Positions 29,594 through 39,007 of a stretch of DNA of 64,000 nucleotides are shown piece after piece. The position numbers were made by a program, and so were the translations under genes. Each line of letters opens with the position of its first letter. Positions within the stretch are counted from its first letter, which is position 1. The stretch comes from a virus. Under the pieces are notes generated by a model. The model was not told the origin of the DNA and did no database searches. It worked only from the letters and a program-made list of their open reading frames with translations. The stretch is taken from positions 49,003-113,002 of IMG/VR virus record IMGVR_UViG_3300042542_005394. One strand, given 5' to 3'.

Positions 29594-31612
29594 TTAGAGA
29601 TAGGTATCAAAGCCGTAATCTGGGAGTTTTTGTAGTGGAAACCCGTCGAATCCACTAAAAGCATACGATCCATTTTGAGAAAGCATACCTTCAGCAACAT
29701 CTGCGTGAATAAGAAACGATCCATCTGGAATTGGTCCCCATTCTGGATGACCACCATCGTTCCATTTGCCCCAGCTATTTTGAACTAGAAATGCTGGTTC
29801 TCCTTGGGTATCATCACATGCTATCCATGCCATGCAATTATGAGATGCTACTCCGTCTACTATATAACTGTGATTGTTTTTAACTTCTAAATTATATACT
29901 TTACCTATATATTTATTAGATTTAATGTTTCTAATAGGATTATATAAATAATTACTATCGTTTTTTAGTTTGGATACAGCATTCTTCAAATTCCAGGCTA
30001 GAGTATAAGAGCTATTATGAGAATTATAAGCAGTATCCCCATGTTTTTGCTCAAATATAGTTGGCTTATAGTCTAAATTAATTAATATATTTCTTAATTG
30101 ATAAATTAATGGTTTATTGCTCATACTGATATATTTGATTTCTTTTCTATAGAAACCATCACCACAAAAAATACCATCTATAATACTTTCTACATCCCAC
30201 CCTTCGGTTAATAAAAATTCTGGTATTTGTCGTTCTGTAGAATAATGACCAAACCAGCTATCAAATGAACGAGCTAATACGGAAGAATCACAGTACACTC
30301 GGATATAGGTTGTGTGTTCTTTAATTCTGATTTTAAGACCCAATATATCAAAAGCTTTTTTTAGTCTAGCTATATAATCTTTTTCTGTAATAGAAAAGGT
30401 AAAACAAATTTTATGATTTTTTACACTATTTCCATCGGCAATATATAGACCAAACATCCAAGCAACATCGTTATTAGGATGATTTAGTTGTTCCGGAATA
30501 TTTTTGGTTTTATTACTAATACCTATATATGGTAATCCTGCGAATGGTTTTGATTGAAATTTTGTTTTTGGAGTAACTAGCCAGTCCGTATCTATAATAT
30601 CTTTTGCTTCCACCCACATTAATTTTCTTTTTTCAACTTTTTGTTTTTGCTTTTTGATAACTAATACCCCGCCATCGGACTCTTCTATGTCTTCATATTC
30701 TTTAATATCTCTTATATTTCTAAAAATTAATATAGGATGCTCTGCTGTTACATTAAAAGAAGGTAATCCCCAAGCTCTAACAGATACCACTTCTCCATCA
30801 TAGTCTTTTTCAAAAACATGACTTACAGAATCGACTTCTCCGATATGATTAAATAGTTTATCTCCTACGTAAAAACTATTGATAGTTTTATTTCCATCGG
30901 GGGTAAAAACTAAAGAATTTGACATATAACAATGAGCCCAACTACCAGATACTTTTGCGAATCCCTTTTTATCTCTAGTATTACTAAATCCATAACTAGA
31001 GCATACGGCTAACCCATAACCATTAGCAAGAGCATCACGAGCTTCTTCTACTGTTCGTATTAGTGAAGCTGTCTTGATCTGGTGATCATTAGAAAGGTCT
31101 AATACCTTATCAGGAAGACCTCTGCCACCCCAACCCGCTCCTAAATTACCATTATATTTACTAAAGTCCACAAAACCATAATTCTTTCTTACCACAATAC
31201 CACCAACCTTACTAACAAATTCAGCTGCTCTGGCACAACTCATGCCCTGTCCACTAAATCCCCTATATCCATAGATAGCCTCTGTTGCACCCCTTGCTGT
31301 CCAATCCTCTCTCTCGTTATGTACATCTATTTCTACTGCTCTTGTAACATCACAAGCGTTTCGTGTTCCATGACTAACACAATCCCCAGTGGTTTGTCTT
31401 TCGTTATAAGGATTTTTATCAAATTTTAACACACTCTTATATGGTGTTGATAGTTTACCCTTACCACTACCACTAATTTTTTTACTAGCATCACCGAATA
31501 GTGGATATTTGGAAGTTTCCATCAAATGATCATATACGTGCTGTTCAAATAAACAACCACTAAAACCATTACGATAATTATCATATAATTCTTTTGGTGT
31601 CATTCTTGCCAT
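29594..31612 (-). CDS. Papain-family (C1) cysteine protease containing an intein
   Basis: QTTGDCVSH (Gln/Cys), WAH|CMAW (His), QNSWG (Asn). Confidence 0.88.
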   Translation of the reverse strand: MARMTPKELYDNYRNGFSGCLFEQHVYDHLMETSKYPLFGDASKKISGSGKGKLSTPYKSVLKFDKNPYNERQTTGDCVSHGTRNACDVTRAVEIDVHNEREDWTARGATEAIYGYRGFSGQGMSCARAAEFVSKVGGIVVRKNYGFVDFSKYNGNLGAGWGGRGLPDKVLDLSNDHQIKTASLIRTVEEARDALANGYGLAVCSSYGFSNTRDKKGFAKVSGSWAHCYMSNSLVFTPDGNKTINSFYVGDKLFNHIGEVDSVSHVFEKDYDGEVVSVRAWGLPSFNVTAEHPILIFRNIRDIKEYEDIEESDGGVLVIKKQKQKVEKRKLMWVEAKDIIDTDWLVTPKTKFQSKPFAGLPYIGISNKTKNIPEQLNHPNNDVAWMFGLYIADGNSVKNHKICFTFSITEKDYIARLKKAFDILGLKIRIKEHTTYIRVYCDSSVLARSFDSWFGHYSTERQIPEFLLTEGWDVESIIDGIFCGDGFYRKEIKYISMSNKPLIYQLRNILINLDYKPTIFEQKHGDTAYNSHNSSYTLAWNLKNAVSKLKNDSNYLYNPIRNIKSNKYIGKVYNLEVKNNHSYIVDGVASHNCMAWIACDDTQGEPAFLVQNSWGKWNDGGHPEWGPIPDGSFLIHADVAEGMLSQNGSYAFSGFDGFPLQKLPDYGFDTYL
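29837..30931 (-). mobile_element. Intein with LAGLIDADG homing endonuclease (365 aa)
   Basis: Starts CYMSNSLV; block B VTAEHP; GLYIADG and GIFCGDG; block F VYNLEV; ends SHN followed by Cys+1. Confidence 0.93.
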
Positions 31613-32100
31613 TATTTACTAGCCTCATTATAAGCCCAAGCTAATGCATTGAAACCATCTACAGCCTTAGCTCTTAGTTCTGTTGAAAGATTGATATTAT
31701 CGTCGCCAACTGCTGCGAACATGACCTCTTTAGCTTCTTTGGCTAAATTTGGATATTTGCCTTTCACATCCAACTTTAACATAGGACCAGCAATACTATT
31801 AGCTTGGCGAATCTCATCAGTATTTTTAATTACAACATCTTCGCCATCTAATTTAACCAATCGTCCTAGATCAAGACTCAAGTCTCGCAACCTCTTAAAA
31901 TCATTTTTTGAACCACCCGAACCTTTAAGCAAAGTTACTACATCATTTGCTTCTTTTTTAAGAGTTTCGTCTGTTGGAGCAGTTAGCTCCATCACATCTA
32001 CATTAGCTGGGGAAACTGGCACAAATCTAGATGGGTCTAACTTAGTTAACCCTACCAATATTAGTAATCCAGCAACAACTAGAATTATATTCTTATTCAT
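31612..32100 (-). CDS. Secreted/membrane-anchored hypothetical protein
   Basis: N-terminal MNKNIILVVAGLLILVGL. Confidence 0.75.
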   Translation of the reverse strand: MNKNIILVVAGLLILVGLTKLDPSRFVPVSPANVDVMELTAPTDETLKKEANDVVTLLKGSGGSKNDFKRLRDLSLDLGRLVKLDGEDVVIKNTDEIRQANSIAGPMLKLDVKGKYPNLAKEAKEVMFAAVGDDNINLSTELRAKAVDGFNALAWAYNEASK

Positions 32101-32474
32101 TTGACAGCATCCTTGTTACAAACATTAGGACTTAAGAAAGGAAACATTTGATCAGCCACCTTAACTGCTTCAGAACATCCGCTCTGAACAGCAAGATCGC
32201 GAGTTTGTTTCCAGCTTACTACCAGCTTAAAAAAAGTGTCTTCTGTATCATTCTTTTTAGACGGCAAAACTACTGGATCAATAGTTGGAACATTAACAAC
32301 CGGTAAGGCTGATCCACTCTTAATCTTCTCGGTTAGTGATAAAAGAAACTTTTGAACCGGACTAAGTTTATCCTTAAACAATACCCATAATACTAATCCC
32401 ACACCAGCATAAAGAGCCAGATCCGTTGGGCCTAACTTGCTGCTAAATTCTTGAAAACTTTCTGTAAAATTCAT
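32097..32474 (-). CDS. Single-pass membrane protein
   Basis: LALYAGVGLVLWVLF. Confidence 0.75.
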   Translation of the reverse strand: MNFTESFQEFSSKLGPTDLALYAGVGLVLWVLFKDKLSPVQKFLLSLTEKIKSGSALPVVNVPTIDPVVLPSKKNDTEDTFFKLVVSWKQTRDLAVQSGCSEAVKVADQMFPFLSPNVCNKDAVK

Positions 32475-32485
32475 CTTAGCCTCTC

Positions 32486-32923
32486 TTATTTATCTGAAAC
32501 TCTGGGTTTAACATCAACAAAAGTATTTACCCTTACACTAGGATCAACAAATACGCCCGTTTGTCTAAATGTTGTGACCATAGCATCAATGGTAGAACTT
32601 ACTAGTATCATCAAAAACGATTTGAGATACTTATGTATAATAGGTTCAACCAGAGATGGAACAAAGGGAATATCTATCACAATGAAAACACTATCATAAA
32701 ACTTAGATAATAGATCCATAGCAATAACTTTTTTATCTTTACCAGTTAGGTCTGTCGCACTATTCTCTATGATCTGAACTGTGCTAGCTACTGCTAGTTG
32801 CAATATTTTCCACGCTTGAGATATAGCAACAGCTTTTACTTCTTTAAGTGATTGTTTGGCTTGATCTATTAGCTTATCAACTTCTGATAGTATAAGAGAT
32901 TGTATTTCTACAGAAACCGACAT
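32486..32923 (-). CDS. Hypothetical helical protein
   Basis: ORF with AAAGGA RBS; GGTGTAC motif upstream (32958-32964). Confidence 0.72.
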   Translation of the reverse strand: MSVSVEIQSLILSEVDKLIDQAKQSLKEVKAVAISQAWKILQLAVASTVQIIENSATDLTGKDKKVIAMDLLSKFYDSVFIVIDIPFVPSLVEPIIHKYLKSFLMILVSSTIDAMVTTFRQTGVFVDPSVRVNTFVDVKPRVSDK

Positions 32924-32972
32924 AGTTTTATCCTTTATATAAGAGCTACTATAAGTAGTACACCAAAAACGG

Positions 32973-33311
32973 CTATTTTTTAATCTGTGGTTTTTTCTTG
33001 GTTTTTCTGGTTACTGGCTTCTTTTTCTGTTTGGGAACCGTTATCGTTTCGGTTTTTGGAGATTCTGGGTGATTGTCTTTTTCTGAACTCCACCAAATTT
33101 TTTTAATTTCTGTTCGTCCTTTAATATAGCGAAATAGTACCGCTAATTGACCTATAATCAAAATAAAGGCCTCAACTCCTCTACTAGTTTCTGCTATTAG
33201 ATCTTCTTTTTGACCATGATCATCCAATAATCCCACTAGGTATAGACCACTAAAAATAAAACTTACTACGGTTAACCAGAATTCACTAGTTCTATAGCCG
33301 GGTTTTACCAT
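32973..33311 (-). CDS. Putative holin-like membrane protein
   Basis: KPGYRTSEFW, two TM segments, highly basic C-terminus. Confidence 0.55.
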   Translation of the reverse strand: MVKPGYRTSEFWLTVVSFIFSGLYLVGLLDDHGQKEDLIAETSRGVEAFILIIGQLAVLFRYIKGRTEIKKIWWSSEKDNHPESPKTETITVPKQKKKPVTRKTKKKPQIKK

Positions 33312-33354
33312 ATTAAACTCCAAATAAAGATAGGATTTATATATTTAGAATAAT

Positions 33355-33361
33355 ATACACC
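33355..33361 (-). promoter_or_regulatory. GGTGTAT motif
   Basis: Recurrent intergenic motif. Confidence 0.55.
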
Positions 33362-33369
33362 GATTAGCA

Positions 33370-34008
33370 CTATACGTTTTGGTCAACAAATCCGAAGCAA
33401 ACTGTGCAGTAATATTCGGCAGCTCCGTAATTAAACGTCACACTACTCATTGTTCCGTCGATTCGTATAATGTTAAAACCTTCTTCTCCAACAAATTGAG
33501 TATATTGTGTAGAATTTACTTGGTTTAGGTATATTGTTTGTGTGTTGGGAACAATACCGTTTGACGACCAAATAGGAGTAAAAGGTTTTGGATCACCATT
33601 CCCATCAAGCACTTGTACGGGAACTGCTCCGCCCGCTTGACCAACACTTGCAAATGCAACCAAAGCATCCGTGATTGGTTGGCTAAATACAGCAGTAAAT
33701 ACTCCCTGCTCTGTGTTTGCAATTTGATTACCGCTAGTTGGTACTCCATATTCTGCGGGAAAGAGTTCGGACGCAACCATTCCAGTATGCAAAAACATGC
33801 CACCACCGTTCTGGGTAATATTGACTGTTATATTATTTTGACCAATTCCTGATGCTGTAGATTCCGTAATAGAATTCATTGTCATCCATTGAAAACCAGA
33901 ACTTCCAAAAACAGGAAACACTTGTTCTGTTCCCAAAAATATTTTAGAAACATTATTATTACCTAATTTAATAGCAGATGTTACAGAATTATTTAATAAT
34001 ATAGACAT
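33370..34008 (-). CDS. Putative virion/tail-associated protein
   Basis: IKLGNNNVSKIFLGTEQVFP N-terminus resembles tail-fibre-associated proteins. Confidence 0.6.
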   Translation of the reverse strand: MSILLNNSVTSAIKLGNNNVSKIFLGTEQVFPVFGSSGFQWMTMNSITESTASGIGQNNITVNITQNGGGMFLHTGMVASELFPAEYGVPTSGNQIANTEQGVFTAVFSQPITDALVAFASVGQAGGAVPVQVLDGNGDPKPFTPIWSSNGIVPNTQTIYLNQVNSTQYTQFVGEEGFNIIRIDGTMSSVTFNYGAAEYYCTVCFGFVDQNV

Positions 34009-35052
34009 TTATGAGATAACATACAAAGTAGTAGAATTTTTAGTAACAAGAGCGTCGTAATTTGCTTGAGATATACTAACTATATTAGTAATATTAATTG
34101 AATTTGGAACTAGTCCAGTATTACTTGGTACTCCAGCAGAAGTTTGAGTGGTGTTATCTGAGAATGTGATACTACCACTAGCTGGTAATGTTAATGCCCC
34201 ATCTGTGCCAAAAGTCCAGAGATTGGTATTTGAATCGGTGCCGATCACAACATCTCCACCATCTTTTTCAATCTTAACATATTGATCATCATCACCCAAA
34301 TAAATATCAACCGTCGAAGGATCTCCTGCCACAAGATGTACATGACTATGTTCTGAACTAGATATTCCATTATTAGTTACAGTAATAAACTGACCAATGG
34401 GCATAGCATTTTCTTCAAAATCATAATATAAAGCTGGATCATTTTGAGTCTGTTCATTAGTGGATCTTGTGCCATCAACACTTGTTAGTGTAAGAGTAAA
34501 TTCAGAAATAGTACTATTAGCTGGTATTGTCCAAGTAATACTTTCTGCCTCTGGACCGGTTGTACTTACGAAAGTTAGTTTACCAGTTAGTGCTCGACCC
34601 AATGATTGTGGGGTAACTCCAGTACCAGAGATTGTATAGTTTACTGTTCCAAAATAAGACCAGGTTTGTAAAGTAACTATAATAGTAATAGGATTACCAT
34701 ATTCAATATAATTACTAGAACTAATTGCCCAAATAGCTGCGGTTGGACGAATTACTAAACTCTGTCCAGAAGCTGCTGTTGGAGGCATTAAAGATACTGT
34801 ATTATTTGTTTCACTGAATATGCTGCCGCTGGGTAATGTTAAAGAACCATTTCCAGTAAGTATAACTTCTTTATCGTCTTTAATTAATCTGTCTGATGAA
34901 GAACCTACGACTCCTATAGCACTAGTGAGTTCGCTTAAAGTTATTTTTTTAGTAACTCCGCTAACTAATGGACTGTCCATGAATAAAAATATATCATCGC
35001 TACTTAGTGATCCACTACCTGTTGGAAATTCGTTTATTCTTTTTATACTCAT
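34009..35052 (-). CDS. Putative tail fibre/structural protein
   Basis: KRINEFP N-terminus, WTFGTDGALTLP, ISQANYDAL..TLYVI C-terminus. Confidence 0.65.
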   Translation of the reverse strand: MSIKRINEFPTGSGSLSSDDIFLFMDSPLVSGVTKKITLSELTSAIGVVGSSSDRLIKDDKEVILTGNGSLTLPSGSIFSETNNTVSLMPPTAASGQSLVIRPTAAIWAISSSNYIEYGNPITIIVTLQTWSYFGTVNYTISGTGVTPQSLGRALTGKLTFVSTTGPEAESITWTIPANSTISEFTLTLTSVDGTRSTNEQTQNDPALYYDFEENAMPIGQFITVTNNGISSSEHSHVHLVAGDPSTVDIYLGDDDQYVKIEKDGGDVVIGTDSNTNLWTFGTDGALTLPASGSITFSDNTTQTSAGVPSNTGLVPNSINITNIVSISQANYDALVTKNSTTLYVIS

Positions 35053-35053
35053 A

Positions 35054-35275
35054 TTAGCCACCAACCAATGTTTGATCATCAACTAATTGTACAAAAATAC
35101 CGTTATAGAATCTATTACCATATTTACTCTGAATAGAACTTATAGCTGGAGTATTTTTAACATTGGTATTATTAGTATTATGTGTTCCGGTAAAAGTTGT
35201 TGATGTAATCGTTGTACCATTTTTAATAGGTTGACTGTTTTTACTTTTAGCAATATCTGTGAATGGTCTGCTCAT
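35054..35275 (-). CDS. Hypothetical protein
   Basis: GGAGA RBS; operonic. Confidence 0.65.
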   Translation of the reverse strand: MSRPFTDIAKSKNSQPIKNGTTITSTTFTGTHNTNNTNVKNTPAISSIQSKYGNRFYNGIFVQLVDDQTLVGG

Positions 35276-35293
35276 TTTTTATCTCCATTAATA

Positions 35294-35764
35294 TTATGAT
35301 ATTTTTTCATAGCTAGCAAAGCCGGAAAGACGATTACTCACATTAGAGATTAACTTAATACTTTGACCCTCTGTAAGATATATCGAAGAAGTTTGTCCTA
35401 TAACAAGATCAACTGTTTGACCAGCACTAACAGGAGTATATTTAGCAATATAACTAAGTATGTCGCTTCCATCATCAATATAAGCTGTAATTGTGGCACT
35501 ATTAAGACCATCTATATTTGTAACATACAGGTTATTAATTTTTAATACTTTATTATTCTCACAAGAAACAATAACCTGAGCCTGGGCGTCAAGAACACTG
35601 TCGAATAACTTTGTTGTACCTCGATATACTTTTTTAATCAGATTTGTTCCATTGTATATCGCTATTCCATTATTTGATCCATACTTAATATTACTATCCG
35701 GAATATTAGAAATATGGGCATTTTCGCCATATACATTAAGTAAGTTTTTTAAATTAATATTCAT
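35294..35764 (-). CDS. Putative structural protein
   Basis: KINNLYVTNIDG..IYLTEGQSI..SYEKIS, a beta-rich phage-type domain. Confidence 0.6.
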   Translation of the reverse strand: MNINLKNLLNVYGENAHISNIPDSNIKYGSNNGIAIYNGTNLIKKVYRGTTKLFDSVLDAQAQVIVSCENNKVLKINNLYVTNIDGLNSATITAYIDDGSDILSYIAKYTPVSAGQTVDLVIGQTSSIYLTEGQSIKLISNVSNRLSGFASYEKIS

Positions 35765-35765
35765 A

Positions 35766-36176
35766 TTAGGTTACAAAATAAATAGTGTTGGAATCTTTAA
35801 CAGAAAGGGCGGTATAGCTTGCTTCACTAATTACAACAATATTATTAACAGTTGAGGCACCGTTGATAGTTGTAACATCGCTTTTAACTAATCCAGTAGA
35901 ACTTACAGTGAATGTCTTATTGGAAGAAGCAACATTAATATTTGCGCTTCCAACAACATTTACAACTGAGAGTAAACCGCTAACAGAACTATTGAAATCG
36001 GTTATACTACTAGTTTGATGAGTATGACTTGTTAAGCTTACTCCAGTACTGTTAACATATAAGCCTTGAGTAAAATTACCACTGCCAATAACATCAATAG
36101 AACCAGTACCAGCTATATTAAAGTTATTTAAATCTAGATTAGCTCCTAGTTTCGGATTTGTTTCATCTATAAGCAT
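35766..36176 (-). CDS. Putative tail-fibre-related protein
   Basis: PKLGANLDLNNFNI, HTHQTSSITDF, C-terminus similar to 34009 protein (SYTALSVKDSNTIYFV). Confidence 0.62.
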   Translation of the reverse strand: MLIDETNPKLGANLDLNNFNIAGTGSIDVIGSGNFTQGLYVNSTGVSLTSHTHQTSSITDFNSSVSGLLSVVNVVGSANINVASSNKTFTVSSTGLVKSDVTTINGASTVNNIVVISEASYTALSVKDSNTIYFVT

Positions 36177-36217
36177 ACTATCTTCCTTTATATAAAGTTA
36201 ATTATTGATTCTATTTA

Positions 36218-36224
36218 ATACACC
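36218..36224 (-). promoter_or_regulatory. GGTGTAT motif
   Basis: Recurrent intergenic motif. Confidence 0.55.
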
Positions 36225-36234
36225 AAATGACCTT

Positions 36235-36558
36235 TTAGCTTTTTTCAATACGATTTTCTATTGCTTCTAGTGTTTTACTCAACATTGCTATCTGTACTTT
36301 TAATTCATTCATCACTTCTGTGTTGCGTTGCAAAGCATTAGCAAAAGCTGCTTGATTTTCTTTATTATTATTTAAACGCTCCATAATAAATTGTCTATCT
36401 TGAACATATGGAGAATGAGTTTCTATTAGAGACAATACTTCTGCTTTGGTAATCATATGTCTTACTATAGTAGCCCAAAAAGTAATTAGTGTTACAATAA
36501 CGCCAACGCTAGTGGTTGCTATAATTTGCCATAAATGAGCCAAGTTTGAATCTGTCAT
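36235..36558 (-). CDS. Membrane-anchored coiled-coil protein
   Basis: N-terminal TM then heptad pattern; AGGAGA RBS before MTDSN. Confidence 0.7.
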   Translation of the reverse strand: MTDSNLAHLWQIIATTSVGVIVTLITFWATIVRHMITKAEVLSLIETHSPYVQDRQFIMERLNNNKENQAAFANALQRNTEVMNELKVQIAMLSKTLEAIENRIEKS

Positions 36559-36571
36559 ATTAGTCTCTCCT

Positions 36572-36611
36572 AAAAAAATGAGCCAACGACACATAAGCAT
36601 CATTGGCTCAT
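36572..36611 (-). terminator. Rho-independent terminator
   Basis: ATGAGCCAATGATGC-TTAT-GTGTCGTTGGCTCAT stem followed by a T-run. Confidence 0.8.
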
Positions 36612-36649
36612 CGTATTATGGTATTTACCTCGTATGAGTAATATACGAA

Positions 36650-37201
36650 TCAACCGGTTTTTGCTTTATAGTTAACCTCTACAGGAACGGGCTGACCAAG
36701 TTTGTAGGTTATAGTACCAGGAACAGATCGAGTAGGTGTAGCAGCATTATCTGTTGCTAATGTGTCAACGGTAACTGCTGGGAAACCTGAATCAAACTGA
36801 CCGGTATAACGATTATACTTGTTGGCTCTGATTGCTGTTGTAAACTTACGAGTTCTTAAAACTTCTAGCTTATGAATACCTCTATTCAGAGAAGGTACAT
36901 TAGCTCCACTTCTTAAAGAGGTGTTGCTAACACCACCTATTGTGGATGTGTATCTCATGCCGACACCATCTTTGTCTCCGTAAGCAAAAGCACCACCACT
37001 AACAGCCTTATCTGCCCAGCTATTATCAAGAACTGTAGAAGCAAAAACTGTTGTATTATAACGAGAAACACCTACGTTAGTTAGTTTGCCAGAAGCAACA
37101 GAACCGCCTCTAGCCACAACACCACGATTATTGCGTGATCCACTAGCTATTACATTTGGTGGAACGCTATATGCTGAACCATTTACTTTTTGTGTGGCCA
37201 T
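36650..37201 (-). CDS. Hypothetical protein, possibly abundant structural protein
   Basis: GGAGA RBS, own terminator, G/S/T/V-rich. Confidence 0.7.
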   Translation of the reverse strand: MATQKVNGSAYSVPPNVIASGSRNNRGVVARGGSVASGKLTNVGVSRYNTTVFASTVLDNSWADKAVSGGAFAYGDKDGVGMRYTSTIGGVSNTSLRSGANVPSLNRGIHKLEVLRTRKFTTAIRANKYNRYTGQFDSGFPAVTVDTLATDNAATPTRSVPGTITYKLGQPVPVEVNYKAKTG

Positions 37202-37263
37202 TTTAATCTCCATGTGTTAGTAGAAATACTAATATAGTATACCCTAAATCTGAAAAAACTTGG

Positions 37264-37905
37264 TTATTTTTTAGATACCAACTCTAGAGCATTAAGAGAA
37301 TTGACCATTATTCCAAACATACTACTTTTTTTGATAATATTAATTTGATTAATATTCCATAAATTACCATTACATATAATGTTAACAGATACTTTTTTAT
37401 TAATTAGGCCAGCGGCTAGTATATTATCATTAATATCGTCTAATAAATATCCGGTTGATGGATAAATAGTACCAACTCCTAAATCCAATAAAATTTGAGA
37501 TACCTTATATAGTAGCTCGTAGGTAAACACCCGATATTCCAATATATACCTTAATTCTGCCCCATATTTTGAGCAAATTTCGCTATTTGTGCGAATATCC
37601 TCTCTAAACTTATCATACTTTCTATTGCAAAAATTATAAGGTTGTGCTACAACACTTACTATTTGAGCACCATTTTTTAAACATGTTTCAACAGCCGAGC
37701 TTCTATTTTTAGTGTCTAATAGACCTAAAGGATAATCGACTATTGTTGCTAATCCTATTGAAGCCGGTAGAATATTTTTTGCTAATTTAACAGATGTTGG
37801 TAATACGGATATGGTATCCGGCTGAAAAGTAATTGCTTGTTGCAAATTAGTTCTTAGTTCATCATCAGAGAGAGATATATCATATGCTGAGTATTCGATG
37901 ATCAT
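37264..37905 (-). CDS. DeoC (deoxyribose-phosphate aldolase)-like TIM barrel, catalytic residues absent
   Basis: TIVDYPLG, LRYILE, IYPSTG correspond to DeoC VxGFPLG, LKVILE, VKTSTG. Confidence 0.75.
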   Translation of the reverse strand: MIIEYSAYDISLSDDELRTNLQQAITFQPDTISVLPTSVKLAKNILPASIGLATIVDYPLGLLDTKNRSSAVETCLKNGAQIVSVVAQPYNFCNRKYDKFREDIRTNSEICSKYGAELRYILEYRVFTYELLYKVSQILLDLGVGTIYPSTGYLLDDINDNILAAGLINKKVSVNIICNGNLWNINQINIIKKSSMFGIMVNSLNALELVSKK

Positions 37906-38582
37906 TTTTTAAACTTATAGGATTTTAGAAAGTCAATATTAGGATATTTCTTACTACCTAATACACCGTCAGCAAATCCGTATTCAACAGCATCGTCAGC
38001 CTTTAGTAACCAGTCACACTTACTAGCTAACTGAGAAACTATATGTTTCTTAGCCATCATTTTTTTCCAATTTTTTTGTTTGGACATTTCACTTTCCATA
38101 CATCTGTCAGAAAATATATCAACCATTTTATCACATTCTTCTTCATTCCATTTAACGCTGCTAGCTGCCGCTTTACTGTGTTCATCATTTAGGCTAAATG
38201 AACCATAATGAATAAGCATCGTCACGTTGGGCATTAAAATTCTTAGTGGAGCAGCTTGCAGCACAACACTGCTAGATGATTCTACCTTTGCATATGCCAG
38301 TAAGATAATTTTGGATTTAGAAAATTTAATAGTGTCATAAATACCTAAACAATCTTGCCATTCACCTCCAGGCAAGTGCATATGAACAAGAATGGGTTCG
38401 TGTGATAATGTATTGAGATATCTGACATTCTTCTCGAATACTACGGCAGATCTATAGTCTACTCCCGGCTCTCCTGATTCTGATGAATCAAAATATGAAT
38501 GCAAATAGATCTCTCTGTTTTTAGTATCTATATTAAAATTTTGAATATCAGTTATGTCATTATCATTTAGATTTACCATCAT
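37902..38582 (-). CDS. clpP: ClpP-family serine protease
   Basis: REIYL, PGG, VESSSSVVLQA (Ser), MLIH (His), DWLLKADDAVEYGFAD (Asp). Confidence 0.85.
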   Translation of the reverse strand: MMVNLNDNDITDIQNFNIDTKNREIYLHSYFDSSESGEPGVDYRSAVVFEKNVRYLNTLSHEPILVHMHLPGGEWQDCLGIYDTIKFSKSKIILLAYAKVESSSSVVLQAAPLRILMPNVTMLIHYGSFSLNDEHSKAAASSVKWNEEECDKMVDIFSDRCMESEMSKQKNWKKMMAKKHIVSQLASKCDWLLKADDAVEYGFADGVLGSKKYPNIDFLKSYKFKK

Positions 38583-39007
38583 ATTTCTTGATCCAGGTAT
38601 TCGTAAACTTTGTCGTTAATATTTGTCATTACTTTTGCATCATCAAATACTTTCCCTATAGCTATCCTAAAACGATATCTTGTAAAAACATCTAGAGTTT
38701 CTACTCCGTCTGAAGTTTCAATTATATCGACTACTTTTCGAGACAGATTAAAGTTAGTATGACCAACCCAAAAATTAAAAATTTTACTACTAGCAGTATT
38801 TTCGGTATATGGTATTAATCCCATAGGAGTGATGATAGCCTTTAGAGGTCCCTCTTTTAGAGAAGCGGTATCTTCTTTTGAAGAATAATCTTTTAGATCA
38901 TCATTATCTTCTTCGTCTATAGGATTTTCTAAAGGTAGATCATCATGACCAAAAGGATCAAACCATTTTTGCCAAACTATTAAATTAGAAGATTTATACG
39001 TGCTCAT
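38579..39007 (-). CDS. Hypothetical protein
   Basis: Operonic ORF. Confidence 0.72.
   Translation of the reverse strand: MSTYKSSNLIVWQKWFDPFGHDDLPLENPIDEEDNDDLKDYSSKEDTASLKEGPLKAIITPMGLIPYTENTASSKIFNFWVGHTNFNLSRKVVDIIETSDGVETLDVFTRYRFRIAIGKVFDDAKVMTNINDKVYEYLDQEI

Noticed and set aside
37238-37245. GGGTATAC upstream of the 37201 gene as another promoter-motif copy
   Set aside because: Position fits but it deviates from GGTGTA; not counted
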